DNA from: Malacoraja senta | Taxonomy: Eukaryota | Reading direction: 5' to 3' | NCBI GenBank assembly: GCA_038087875.1 | Contig: CM075995.1 | Span: 6,698,001 to 6,762,000, forward strand | DNA: 64,000 nucleotides | In this document: in pieces, positions 13,125 through 26,030 of the stretch | Layout of the letters: every line of letters starts with the position of its first letter | Numbering within the stretch: position 1 is the stretch's first letter | Made by a program: the position numbers and the translations under genes | The notes under the pieces: model-generated | Told to the model about the DNA's origin: nothing | Seen by the model: only the letters and a program-made list of their open reading frames with translations | Databases searched by the model: none

Positions 13125-15547
13125 CTACTTTATTAAGAATCTTAACACAAGAAATCTGATATGAAATTAAATAGGCTTGGATCGAGTGGATGTGGAGAGA
13201 ATGTTTCCACTAGTGGGAGAGTCTAGGACCAGAGGTCATACCCACAGAATTAAAGGAGGTTCCTTTAAGAAGGAGATGAGGAGGAATTTCTTTAGCCAGA
13301 GGGTGGTGGATCCGTGGAATTCTTTGCCACAGAAGGCTGTGGAGGCCAAGTCAATGGATATTTTTAAGGCAGAGATAGATAGATTTTTAATTAGTACGGG
13401 TGTCAGGGATTATGGGGGGAAGGCAGGAGAATGTGGTTAGGAGGGAGAGATAGATGAGCCATGATTGAATGGCTGAACAAACTTGATGGGCCGAATGGCC
13501 TAACTCTGCTCCCAGAACTTATGAAAAGGGTCCTACCTTGAAAAAATTAAAACTTAGCAATTCATTGCTGCAACCAAATGTTTCCACAAGTTACTTTGTC
13601 AAAATATCTATGATTATCAGTTCTCCATGTTAGTTGAGGGATATCTGGCTACTTCCAGAGATTGTGAAGAGATATCTGGATTTAACATCTCATCTTCCAT
13701 ATTCTTTGTTTTCAGGTTATAGGAACAGAATTTGGCCATTCCCACACTCCAAAGACACAGCTTAATTGGCTCGGTAAAATTGTAAATTGTCCCTAATGTG
13801 TGTGGGATAGTGCTAGTGCGTGGGGGTCACTGGTTTGCCCGGACTCAGTGGGCCGAAGGGCCTGTTTCAGCGCTGTATCTCTAAACTAAACTAATTACAG
13901 TCAAACGGACATTTTCCTCAATCTCAAGTTGAGGTCTACACCATATTTCCCATGAGATGTTTTGACAGAATGATATCATTCCAACACTGCTGCTTCCTTG
14001 GAGATCAAGAATGAGATCATTACTTCTATCAATATACTTTGTGGCATGCATGTGACAAGAAGGAACTGCTGATGCTGGTTTATACCACAGAATGAAACAA
14101 TGTGCTGGAGTACTTCAGCAGATCAGGCAGCATTTCTGGAGAAAAAAAATGATAGGTGACGCTTCGGGTTGGGACCCTGCTTTAGACTCTTCTTCAGAGT
14201 CTGAAGAAGGGTCCCAACTCAAAACATCACCTACCGATTTTCCCTAGAGATGCTGCCTGGCTGGTTGAAGTACTGCAGCACATTGTGTCTATCTGTGTTA
14301 CTCCAGACACTTTGTGTCTATCTCATGACATGCATGTTATGCCTTGGATGTGGGGCTATTAACCTCCTTCCATATGCAGTTGCAAGATTTGAAATCCTAC
14401 AACAGAAGGGGGTCAACGACACGGTGGTGCAGCGGTAGAGTTGCTGCCTTACAGCAACCACAGATCTTGTTTTTCGATCCTGACTACGGGCGCTGTCTGA
14501 ACGGAGTTTGTACGTTCTCCCCGTGACCTGCATGGGTTTTCTCCGGGTGCTTCAGTTTCCTCCCACACTCCAAAGACGTGTAGGTTTGTAGGTTAGTCGG
14601 CTTGGTATAAATGCCAAAAATTGTCCCTAGGGTAGTGCTAATAGAAACATAGAAAATAGGTGCAGGAGTAGGCCATTCGAGCCTGCACCGCCATTCAATG
14701 TGATCATGGCTGATCATCCAACTCAGTATCCTGTACCTGCCTTCTCTCCATACTCCCTGATCCCCTTAGCCACAAGGGCCACATCTAACTCCCTCTTAAA
14801 TATAGCCAATGAACTGGCCTCAACTACCTTCTGTGGCAGAGAATTCCACAGATTCCCCACTCTCTGTGTGAAAAATGTTTTTCTCATCTCGGTCCTAAAA
14901 GACTTCCCCCTTATCCTTAAACTGTGACCCCTTGTTCTGGAATGTGAGGGGATCCCTAGTCGGTGCAAACTCGGTGGGCCAAAGGGCCTGTTTCCGCACT
15001 GTATCTCTAAACTAAACTGAAACTAACCTAAACAAAGGCAGTTCCCTCCCCTGCTTCAGCTTGAATGTTCACTCGGTATCACAGCAGTGTCTTTCCTGCC
15101 TGTGTCAATAAAAGGATGTTCTCAGTGGTGAAGGACAGAGCGTATGAGTGTTTCTGCACTGTCAGCTTAAGCGCGAGATGGAGTGGTATGCTGGCTGCAT
15201 GCTCCAGGGACTTCCGAGACATCAGAAGAGAAATGACTGCTGCCATTTCCAGTTCGTTGGCTACTTTATTGTTCATGGCGGGTAAAAACATTCACTACCC
15301 GGCATTGCCTTCCTAGTCAATCCAGGATCATGGAGAACCTCAAGTCAGACGTCAATCTTCACCTCTTCTCTTGGCAGTCCTTTTTCTTTAAAAAAGACAC
15401 AAAGTGCTGGACTCGAAACAAAGAACAGCAGATGCTGGTTTATTCCAAAGACAGACACAAAGTGCTGGAGTAACTCAGCGGGTCAGGCAGCATCTCTGGA
15501 GAAAAAAGGATGTGATGTTTCGGGTTGAAGCAGATGATAAAGTAGAT

Positions 15548-16036
15548 CTGGGGTGGGCAACCTTGTTCTGCATAGGGGCCAGGACGCATGTCTGTGAGCG
15601 GATGGCGGGCCACATCTATCACGTACGTGTACACATGGATCCCGCCCCCATCCCGCCTCGGATGGCAGGCAACAAATCACGTGTTCACAGAAGGCAGACA
15701 AAAATGCTGGAGAAACTCAGCGGGTGAGGCAGCCTCATGCAATCCTTGCATGTCTCACCCTCTGAGTTTGTCCAGCATTTTTGTCTACCTTTGACTTTTC
15801 CAGCATCTGCAGTTCTTTCTTAAACGTGTTCACAGAAGGTGCGCGGCCGTGCTGGCGGCTTTGCGCACGATGCGCTACAGCCAGAGCTCGGCGCTTGGCA
15901 GCGCTCGGGTTGAGATCGGCGCTAGGGTCGCACTCGGCGGGCCGGATGATTACGGGGAAAAAAATCCACCTGTGCGCCGGATGATTTTGGGTTACGGGCC
16001 ACATCCGGCCCTGGGGCCGTAGATTGCTGACTCCTG
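15548..16036. mobile_element. Non-autonomous hAT element with a nested Penelope hairpin
   Basis: Ends ctggggtgggcaacct and agattgctgactcctg. Perfect 8-bp TSD aagtagat at 15540-15547 and 16037-16044. The nested insert is flanked by acgtgttcacagaagg (15679-15694, 15824-15839). Confidence 0.85.
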
Positions 16037-16044
16037 AAGTAGAT

Positions 16045-17680
16045 GGATAGCAGTAGCAGGATTGGTCCGAGCCAGCATGGATTTACGAAGGGGAAATCAT
16101 GCCTGACTAATCTTCTGGAATTTTTAGAGGATGTAACCAGGATAATGGACAAGGGAGAGGCAGTGGATGTAGGGCACCTGGACTTTCAGAAAGCCTTTGA
16201 TAAGGTCCCACATAGGAGATTAGTGGGCAAAATTAGAGCACATGGTATTGGGGGAAGAGTGCTGACATGGATAGAAAATTGATTGGCAGACAGGAAACAA
16301 AGGGTAGGGATTAACAGGTCCCTTTCAGAATGGCAGGCAGTGACTAGTGGGGTACCACAAGGCTCGGTGCTGGGACCGCAGCTATTTACAGTATATATTA
16401 ATGATTTGGACGAAGGGATTACAAGTAACATTGCAAATTTGAAGATGACACAAAGCTGGGTGGCAGTGTGAACTGTGAGGAGGATGCTATGAGGATGCCG
16501 GGTGACTTGGACAGGTTGGGTGAGTGGGCAGATGCATGGCAGATGCAGTTTAATGTGGATAAATGTGAGGTTATCCACTTTGGTGGCAAAAACAGGAAGG
16601 CAGATTATTATTTAAATGGAATCGTTGGGAAAAGGGGAAGTAATAATAATAATAATAATAATGGATGGGATTTATATAGCGCCTTTCTAATACTCAAGGC
16701 GCTTTACATCGCATTATTCATTCACTCCTCAGTCACACTCGGTGGTGGTGAGCTACTTCTGTAGCCACAGCTGCCCTGGGGCAGACTGACGGAAGCGTGG
16801 CTGCTAATCTGCGCCTACGGCCCCTCCGACCACCACCAATCACTCACATACATTCACACGCAGGCAAAGGTGGGTGAAGTGTCTTGCCCAAGGACACAAC
16901 GACAGTATGCACTCCAAGCGGGATTCGAACCGGCTACCTTCCGGTTGCCAGCCGAACACTTAGCCCATTGCGCCATCTGTCGTACAACGGGATCTGGGGG
17001 GTCCTTGTTCATCAGTCAATGAAAGTAAGCATGCAGGTACAGCAGGCAGTGAAGAAAGCAAATGGCATGTTGGCCTTCATAACAAGAGGAGTTGAGTATA
17101 GGAGCAAAGAGGTCCTTCTGCAGTTATACAGTGAGACCACACCTGGAGTATTGTGTGCCATTTTGGTTTCCCAATTTGAGGAAGGACATTCTTGCTATTG
17201 AGGGAGTGCAGCGTAGGTTCACCAGGTTAATTCCTGGGACTGTCATATGTTGATGGAATGGAGCGGCTGGGCTTGTATACTCTGGAATTTAGAAGAATGA
17301 GAGGGGATCTTATTGAAACATATAAGATTATTAAGGGTTTGGACAAGCTAGAGGCAGTAAACATGTTCCCGATGTTGGGGGAGTCCAGAACCAGGGGCCA
17401 CAGATTAAGAATAAGGGGAAAGCCATTCAGAATGGAGATGAGGGAAAAAAAATTCACACAGAGAGTTGTGAGTGTGGAATTCTCTGCCTCAGAGGGCGGT
17501 GGAGGCTGGTTCTCTAGATGCTTTCAAGAGAGAACTAGACAGAGCTCATAGAGATAGATGAGTCAAGAGATATGGGGAGAAGGCAGGAACAGGGTACTAT
17601 TGTGGATGATCAGCCATGATCACATTGAATGGCGGTGCTGGCTCGAACAGCCGAATGGCCTACTCCTGCACCTACTATCT
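16045..17680 (+). mobile_element. Degenerate CR1 LINE RT fragment split by a SINE
   Basis: QHGFTKGKSC, DFQKAFD and PQGSVLGP with stops and frameshifts. Interrupted at 16641-16983. Confidence 0.88.
16641..16983 (-). mobile_element. tRNA-derived SINE with L2-type tail, unlike the dominant HE1 SINE
   Basis: tRNA-like head with B-box ggttcgaatccc, gtgtccttgggcaagacact core, tail aaagcgccttgag...aggcgctatataaat(att)n. Cleanly splits CR1 at gaagt|acaacgg. Confidence 0.85.
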
Positions 17681-20600
17681 ATTATCACACCAACCAACCT
17701 CCCTTCCATTGACTACATTTATACCTCGGCAAGGCCAGCAGCATAATCAAGGACGAGTCGCACCCTGGCCACTCCCTCTTTTCCCGGGCAAAACGTATAG
17801 AAGTGTGAAAACGCACCTCCAGATTCAAGGATAGTTTCTTCCCTGCTGTTATCAGGCAACTGAATCATCCGACCACAACAATGAGCAGTCCTGAACTACT
17901 ATCTACCTCATTGGTGACCGTCGGACTATGTTTGATCGGACTTGGCTTTACCTTACCGTAAACGTTAATCCCTTATCATTATCTATAAAAGACTCAACTG
18001 TAATCATGTATTGTCTTTCCACTGACTGGTGAGCACGCAACAAAAGCTTTTCACGCTAGAGGCAGGAAACATGTTCCCGATGTGGACGCGCTAGAGGCAG
18101 GAAACATGTTCCTAATGTTGGGGGAGTCCAGAACCAGGGGCCACAGTTTAAGAATAAGGAGTAAGCCATTTAGAACGGAGACGAGGAAACACTTTTTCTC
18201 ACAGAAAGTGGTGAGTCTGTGGAATTCTCTGCCTCAGAGGGCGGTGGAGGCAGGTTCTCTGGATGCTTTCAAGAGAGAGCTAGATACGGCTCTTAAAAAT
18301 AACGGAGTCAGGGGATATGGGGAGAAGGCAGGAACGGGGTACTGATTGGGGATGATCAGCCATGATAACATTGAATGGCCGTGCTGGCTCGAAGGGCCGA
18401 ATGGCCTACTCCTGCACGCATTGTCTATTGTTTATTCACTGTACCTCGGTGGACGTGACAATAAAGTAAACTGAAGTGAGGTTTCAGGGAAAGAAAGAAC
18501 ACACCAGTCTCTGCTTTCCCGTTGAAACTGCAGTCTTGCTCTGCGCCCTTCCAACTTTGATTTCAAGTTAAGTAGATGTAGGCTCGGAAGGGGAGGGGGA
18601 ACACAAACCAGCTGCATAAGGTCATAAGGAATAGGAATAGAGTAGAATTAGGCCATTCGACCCATCAAGTCTACTCCGCCATTCAATCGTGGCTGATCTA
18701 TCTCTCCCTCCTAATCCCATTCTCCTGCCTTCTCCCCATAACCTCTGACACCCGTACTAATCAAGAATGCATCTGGATCTCCCCCCAACTCCCAGGCGTC
18801 CATGTGTAAGAAGGAACTGCAGACCCTGGTTTAAACTGAAGGTAGACACAAAAAGCTGGAGCACCTCATATCTCGTTTGGGCAGCTTGCAACCCAGTGGT
18901 ATGAATATTGATTTCTCTGACTTCAAGTAACCCTTACATTCCCTCGCTCTCCATCCCTCCCCCACCCAAGTCATACCAGCTTCAAAGTCGTGTTGTTGAG
19001 TCTCATTGTCTATACTCGTTCTCACCTAGCACACGGCTAACAATGATCTGTTTCCTTTATCATCGTTAATTATTTGCATATCTTTCATTCATTTGTTCCA
19101 TATCTCTCTACATCACCGTCTATATCCATCGTATCCCTTTCCCCTATCTCTGTCTGAAAAAGGGTCTCGACCCGAAACGTCACCTATTCCTTTTCTCCAG
19201 ATGCTGTCTGACCCACTGAATTACTCCAGCTTTTTGTGTCTATCTTTGATTTAACGGTGATTGTCAGACTTTCAGCATTAAATCTATTGTCTTTCTCAGC
19301 TTTGGAATGGGCAAATAACAAGGAAAAATGATAATGGAAGACTGCTTTTAAGATGAGCTTCATGCAAAATGTTGCCACTCTCTGGGTCAATTGTTCGTTG
19401 AAAACACCACAGGTAAACAGGTAGCTTTTGCCGGTGCCACAGGTGAAAGCGGCAAATGGCTGGCCTTCATCGGCCGAGGCAATGAAGGGTCTTGATCCTA
19501 AATGTCATCCATTCCTTTTCTCCAGAGATGCTGCCTGACCCGCTGAGTAACTCCAGCATATTGCATCTGTCTTCATTGAATACAAGAGTCAGGACATCAT
19601 GTTGCAGTTGTAAAACACAACTGGCTTGGTCACATTTGAAGCATTGTGTGCAGTTCCGATTGCCATGCTACCTAATTTAGAGAGGGTGCAGAAAGATTCA
19701 GAAGGACTTTGTCTGAATTGAAATGCTTGAGCTCTAAGGGGGAGCTGGATGGACTGGGTCTGTTTTCTTTGCAGCAAAGGAGGCCGAGAGGTGACATGAT
19801 GGAGGTTATGAAAGGCATAGATAGGATAGAAAGCTAGAGTAATTCCCTGATACAGATGTCCAAAAACCAGAGGACAGGTTTAATGTGAAGGGGAAAAGAT
19901 TTAATAGGAATCTGAGGGGTAACTTTTTCCACACAAAGAGTGGTGGATGTATGGAACAAGCTGCCTGAGGAGGTAGTTGCGGCAGGGACTATCCCAACAT
20001 TTAAGAAGCAGTTAGACAGGTACATGGATAGGACAGGTTTGGATGGATACTGACCAAATGCTGGCAGGTGGGACTAGTGTAGCTGGGACGTGATTGGGAC
20101 ATGTTGGCCGGTGTAGGCAAGTTGGGTCGAAGGGCCTGTTTTCACACTGTATCACTCTATGACTAACTTTTTCACACAGGTAGTTGTGAATTTGTGGAAT
20201 TCTCTGCCTCAGAAGGCAGTGGAAGCCGATTCACTGGATGCAATCAAAAGAGTTAGACAGAGCTCTTCGGGCTAGCGGAATCAAGGATTATGGGGAGATG
20301 GCAGGAGCGGGGTACTCATTGTGGATGATCAACTATGATCACAGTGAATGGCGGTGCTGGCTTTAAGGGCTGAATTCCAACTCCTGCACCTATTGTCTAT
20401 GTATATGACTAGAGGGTATAAGGTTAAGGTGAGAGGGAAATGGTTTAAAGGCCGATCATGTTGGCACAGTGGTAGAGTTGCTGCCTTACAGCAAAATGCA
20501 GCGCCAGGGACCCGGGTTCGATCCCGACTATGGGTGCTGTCTGTATGGAGTTTGTACGTTCTCCCCGCGATCTGCGTGGGTTTTCTCCGAGATCTTCGGT

Positions 20601-21949
20601 TTTCTCCCTCACTCCAAAGACGTACAGGTTTGTAGGTTAATTGGCTTGATAAAAATGTAAAATTGTCCAAGTTGGCGATATGCAGAGTACTGCCCTGCCG
20701 ACTACAAAATTCAGAATGTTCAGAAGGTTTAAAACCGATCCGAGGGGTAAATTTTTCCACAGAAATAGTAGCTGATGTCTGGAATGAGCTGCGAGAGGAG
20801 GTGGAGGAGGCAAGAACAGTAATATTTAAGAGGCATCTGGAAAGATAACATTGAACAAGACATAGAAGGGGACACAAAGTGTTGGAGTAACTCAGCAGCT
20901 CAGGCAGCATCTCTGGAGAACAGGTAGGTGCCGTTTCAGGTCGGGACCTTTCCTCAGATTGATGAAAGTAGACAAAAAGCTGGAGAAATTCAGCGGGTGA
21001 GGCAGCATCCATGGAGCGAAGTAATGAGTGACCTTTCAGGTCGAGACCCTTCTTCAGACTGATGTGGGGGATTCATCAGGTTGATGAATGTCACTTATCC
21101 TTGTTCTTCACAGATGCTGTCTGACCTGCTGAGTTATTACGCCACGCTGTGTCTTTTTTTTGTAAACCAAAATCTGCAGTTCCTTCCTTCTACACGACAG
21201 AGAGGTATTGGGAATGAATGCAGCCAAATGTGATTAGTATAGATCGGCATAAATCCAATAGGCACAATGGCTTTCATGTCCTGCAACACTGACAATTATT
21301 TATTCTAAAAGGTGCTGCAAAAATAAAAAATGGAAAAATAAAAATAATGGCAATTGGTGGTTTGCTTGCAAAATGAGTTTTCTTAGTAGGTTTCCCAGTG
21401 CGGCAGTAATGACAAGTATATTGCTACGCAGATCTGAGATTACAGGATGCGGAGAGGATGTTTCCACTAATGAGAGCGTCTAGAACCAGAGGGCACAGCC
21501 TCAGAATAAAAGATCCCACCTTTCAAAAGAAGAGGAGGAATTTCTTTGGTCAAGGGGTGGTGAAATTCATGTGGTGGAATTCATTGCTCCAGACAGCCGT
21601 GGAGGCCAAGCCATTGGGTATTTTTACGGTGGAGAGTGACAGATACTTGATTGGTAAGGGTGTCAATGTGGGGAGAAGGCAGCAGAATGGGGTTGAGAGG
21701 GAAAGATAGATCAGCCATGATTGAATGGCAGAGTAGACAAGATGGGCCGAATGGCCTAACTCTGCTCCTGTGACATGAAATTATGATGTATCATGGATAG
21801 TAGAGTACTAATGGAAAAGCTCTTATAGACATCAAAAATGTTGGATCCCAAAACTATTATTCATGACAAATGGGGAAATGCATCTCCTCATTGAGCAGGG
21901 GGTGAGAGCACCTTTAATGAATATTTCTGAATCGACTTGGATATCATAC

Positions 21950-22010
21950 CTCTCCGGTTTTAGCACAGTCTTCGGCTCGTTTGTGAAGGGCTGCCCAGGA
22001 GTTCTCATAC
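21950..22010 (-). CDS. DTNBP1: Dysbindin-1 coding exon 4 (61 bp; YENSWAALHKRAEDCAKTGE)
   Basis: Acceptor ttttttcccaaAG and donor GTatga. Resembles human YEDTWAALHRRAKDCASAGE. Ends in phase 0. Confidence 0.96.
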
Positions 22011-22994
22011 CTTTGGGAAAAAAAGATAAATAAAGTAAGACTAGCCTAAATCATTTGAACTTTGATCAACTGATCGTTTGCTGTCATTGTCATCCATGTC
22101 TCTAAATTTAGTTATGTTTAGAGGTACAGAGCGGAAACGCCCACCCAGTCCGTGCTGACCAGCAATCCTCATACACTAGCACGTGATTGGGGATGATCAG
22201 CCATGATCACATTGAATGCCGTTGCTGGCTCAAAGGGCCAAATGGCCTACTCCTGCACCTATTGTCTATTGTCTACCACCTCTTCTGGCTTGTTCTATAT
22301 ACCCACCACTCTTTGTGGTAAACACACCAGCACATCCTTCCTCGGATATGGGGCCCAAAACTGCTCACAATACTCCAAATGCGGCCTGAACAATAGACAA
22401 TAGACAATAGGTGCAGGAGTAGGCCATTTGGCCCTTTGAGCCAGCACCGCCATTCAATGTGATCATGGCTGATCATCCCCAATCCGTTCCTGCCTTCTCC
22501 CCATATCCCCTAACTCCGCTATCTTTAAGAGCCCTATCTAGCTCTCTCTCTTGAATGGTGTGGATTACTGATAATTGTCCACTATAACCAGGTAAGGGAT
22601 TCGCTCCAAGCTCCTAGCAGTCACTCCATGAGATGAGTTGTTTTCAAATACAAAGTTCGTTTTAACAGCTGAAAATGTATTCTTCTTACTGGAAGCTAAA
22701 ATTACTAAAGGATGTTTGTTCCATTGTTTAATAGAGTATCATTGCACAAGTGTCGTTCGAAGTAATTGCTTGTCAATTTCAATGGTCTCCCGCAGTGTAA
22801 CTAGCAGCCTGTGTTCTTAAAGAGACAGTGATGTCTGATTACTGTAGGGAAGCTCCCACTGTATAACCAAAATCAGTTATAAAGAAGTCCGTGATATGAA
22901 GGGAAGATCGTATCGAGAAATCCCTGCACAGCATCACTCTTTATGTGACTCTTTACACGGCACGGTGGCGCAGAGGTAGATTTGCTGCTTTACA

Positions 22995-23499
22995 GTGTGC
23001 TGCTCTAGGTGTCAGCTGCTCTACATCGGTGAGACCAAGCGCAGGCTTGGCAATCGCTTCGCCCAACACCTCCGTTCGGTTCGCATTAACCAACCTGATC
23101 TCCCGGTGGCCCAGTACTTCAACTCCCCCTCCCATTCCAAATCCGACCTTTCTGTCCTGGGACTCCTCCATAGCAAGAGGGAGCCCCACCGCAAATTGGA
23201 GCAGCCACACCTCATATTTCGCTTGGGTAGTTTACACCCCAGTGGTATGAACATTGACTTCTTCAATTTCAGGTAGCCCTTGCTTTCTCCCTCCTTCCCC
23301 TCCCCTTCCCAGCTCTCCCATAGCCTACTGTCTCCGCCTCTTCCTTTCTTCTTCCTGCCCCCCCAACATCAATCTGAAGAAGGGTCTCGGTCCGAAACGT
23401 CGCCTATTCCTTCGCTCCATAGATGCTGCCTCACCCGCTGAGTTTCTCCAGCATTTTTGTCTACCTTCGATTTTTCCAGCATCTGCAGTTCTTTCTTAG
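22995..23499 (+). mobile_element. Penelope-like element 3' fragment: GIY-YIG endonuclease C-terminus plus 3' repeat with hammerhead core
   Basis: CSRCQLLYIGETKRRLGNRFAQHLRS...HLIFRLGSLHPSGMN shows the Penelope GIY-YIG signature. Followed by ctgaaga-agggtctcggtcc-gaaacgtc and the ubiquitous cagcatctgcagttc repeat. Confidence 0.88.
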
Positions 23500-24840
23500 A
23501 CTTGTGGATAATCATTTTATTCTGTAATCAAGACCTAGTTACCTAATTAAGTATTTCTGAACCTCCATTCTGTAATCAACATCTAGTTTTACCGTTAATC
23601 AATTTTCTGGATAATCTTACCAGCTGAGAATGTAAAAGCAGTACCAAAGCCAAGCTCAAGAGATCAGCTTTGACTGGTCTCCTGATGAGCTCCAGTTCTA
23701 ATAAATCACCCGTTACTTCAAACACCAACTTTGTCAGGTCATTCCATTTGATATAACAACATTTAAAAGATATTTGGACAGGTACACGGATAGGAAAGGT
23801 TTAGAGGGAATGTGTAGGAAGGAACTGCAGATGCTGGTTTAAACTGAAAAAAAGCTGGAGTAACTCAGCGGGACAGACAGCATCTCTGGTGATAAAGCTA
23901 AGTTACTCCAGCTTTTTGTGTCTATCTTTGGTTTAACCCTTTTAAGCAATCCCTCCCTACACAAGTCATGAGAGATTTGACGTCACCTCGACTTTTATCT
24001 TGACAACAAAACATGTCTGTGGAATTCTCTGCCTCAGAGGGCGGTGGAGGCAGGTTCTCTGGATGCTTTCAAGAGAGAGCTAGATAGGGCTCTTAAAAAT
24101 AGCAGTCAGGGGATATAGGGAGCAGGCAGGAACGGGGTACTGATTGGGGATGAACAGCCATGATCACATTGAATGGCGGTGCTGGCTCGAAGGGCCGAAT
24201 GGCCTGCTCCTGCACCTATTGTCTATTGTCTATATTGTCTATGTCTCTTTCAAGAGAGAGTTAGATTAAGCTCCTGGGGCTAAGGGAATCAAGGGAAATG
24301 GGGGAAAAGCTGGAACGGGGTACTGATTTTAGATGCTCAGCCATGATCATATTGAATAGTAGTGCTGGCTCGAAGGGCCAAATGGCCTTCTCCTGCACCT
24401 ATTTTTTCTGTTTCTAAGGAAAAAAAAAGAATGGATTTTGATGACTGACTAAGTGTGCCAATTTTGTTTTAAAAATGTCCACTCGCAGCAATATACAGAA
24501 TCCTCAGTTATATGCAAGGTTTGATTAGAATCACAATGGGTCATAGTTTCAGCACTATGGGTGTGTAACAGGGTGGTGAATCTGTGGAAATCATTGCCAC
24601 AGATGGCTGTGGTGGCACGGTGGCACAGCGCTAGAGTTGCTGCCTCACAGCGCCAGGGACTCTGGTTTGTTTCTGACTATGGGTGCTTATCTGTACAGAG
24701 TTTGTACGTTTGTACGTGACCTGCTTAAGTTTTGTTCAGGGATCTCGGGTTTCCTCCCACACTACAAAGACATACAGGTTTGTAGGTTAATTGGCTTGGA
24801 ATAATTATAAATAGTCCCTAGTGTGTGCAGGCTAGTGTTA

Positions 24841-25284
24841 AGGGCCAGTCCCACTTGGCCGTCATTTGCGCCTCATTTACGCGTCATATGTAAAATAGGT
24901 CGACGCGTCGTTACGCGCGACGTCACGCATCATCACGCCGTCTGGTGCGCGTGGTGTCATTATAATACCCTGCAGCGCGTGGCGACGCATGGTTGCGCAC
25001 GGTGACGTAACCATGCGATACACGCGAGACGTCGGGACGCCAGCGTGCGACGCCAATGCGTCAGCGTGCGTACGCGATACGTCACGCAGGTGGCGCACGA
25101 GGATTTCGTGCAACACGAAATCCTACAGCGCCCCGCAATACCGCACGCAACGCCACACTCCTCCAAGCCTCTCCATGCGCTCGTCCCGCGCTACCCACAC
25201 CCTACCCGTGCGCACAACGCGACGACCACATTTTTGGAGGTCGCGTAAATGGCGCACAAGTGACGGCCAAGTGGGACAGACCCT
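24841..25284. mobile_element. Harbinger-type MITE, CpG-rich
   Basis: TIRs agggccagtcccacttggccgtca and tgacggccaagtgggacagaccct, with tta on both sides (24838-24840, 25285-25287). Confidence 0.85.
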
Positions 25285-25289
25285 TTATA

Positions 25290-26030
25290 TCCCCTGATTC
25301 CGCTATTTTTAAGAGCCCTATCTAGCCCTCTCTTGAAAGCATCCAGAGAACCTGCCTCCACCGCCCTCCAGACTCACCACTCTCTGTGAGAAAAAGTGTT
25401 TCCTCGTCTCTGTTCTAAATGGCTTACTCCTTATTCTTAAACTGTGGCCCCTGGTTCTGGACTCCCCCAACATCGGGAACATGTTTCCTGCCTCTAGCGT
25501 GTCCAAACCCTTAACAATCTTATATGTTTCAATGAGATATCCTCTCATCCTTCTAAAATCCCGGGAATTAACCTTGTAAACCTACGCTGCCCTCCCTCAA
25601 TAGCAAGAATGTCCTTCCTCAAATTAGGGGACCAAAACTGCACACAATACTCCAGGTGTGGTTTCACTAGGGCCCTGTACAACTGCAGAAGGACCTGTTT
25701 GCTGCTATATTCAACTCCTCTTGTTATAAAGGCCAACATGCCATTCGCCTTCTTCACTGCCTGCTGTACCTGCATGCTTACTTTCATAGACTGATGAACA
25801 AGGACCCCCAGATCCCGTTGTACTTCCCCTTTTCCCAACTTGACGCCATTTAGATAGTAATCTGTTTTTGCTACCAAAGTGGATAACCTCACATTTATCC
25901 ACATTAAACATCATCTGCCATGCATCTGCCCACTCCCCCAACCTGTCCAAGTCACCCTGCATTCTCATAGCATCCTCCTCACAGTTCACACTGCCCCCCA
26001 GCTTTGTGTCATCTGCAAATTTGCTAATGG
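25290..26030 (-). mobile_element. CR1 LINE RT fragment
   Basis: ISKFADDTKLGG ... RIRSKPFRTETRKHFFSQRVV with deletions. Confidence 0.88.
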
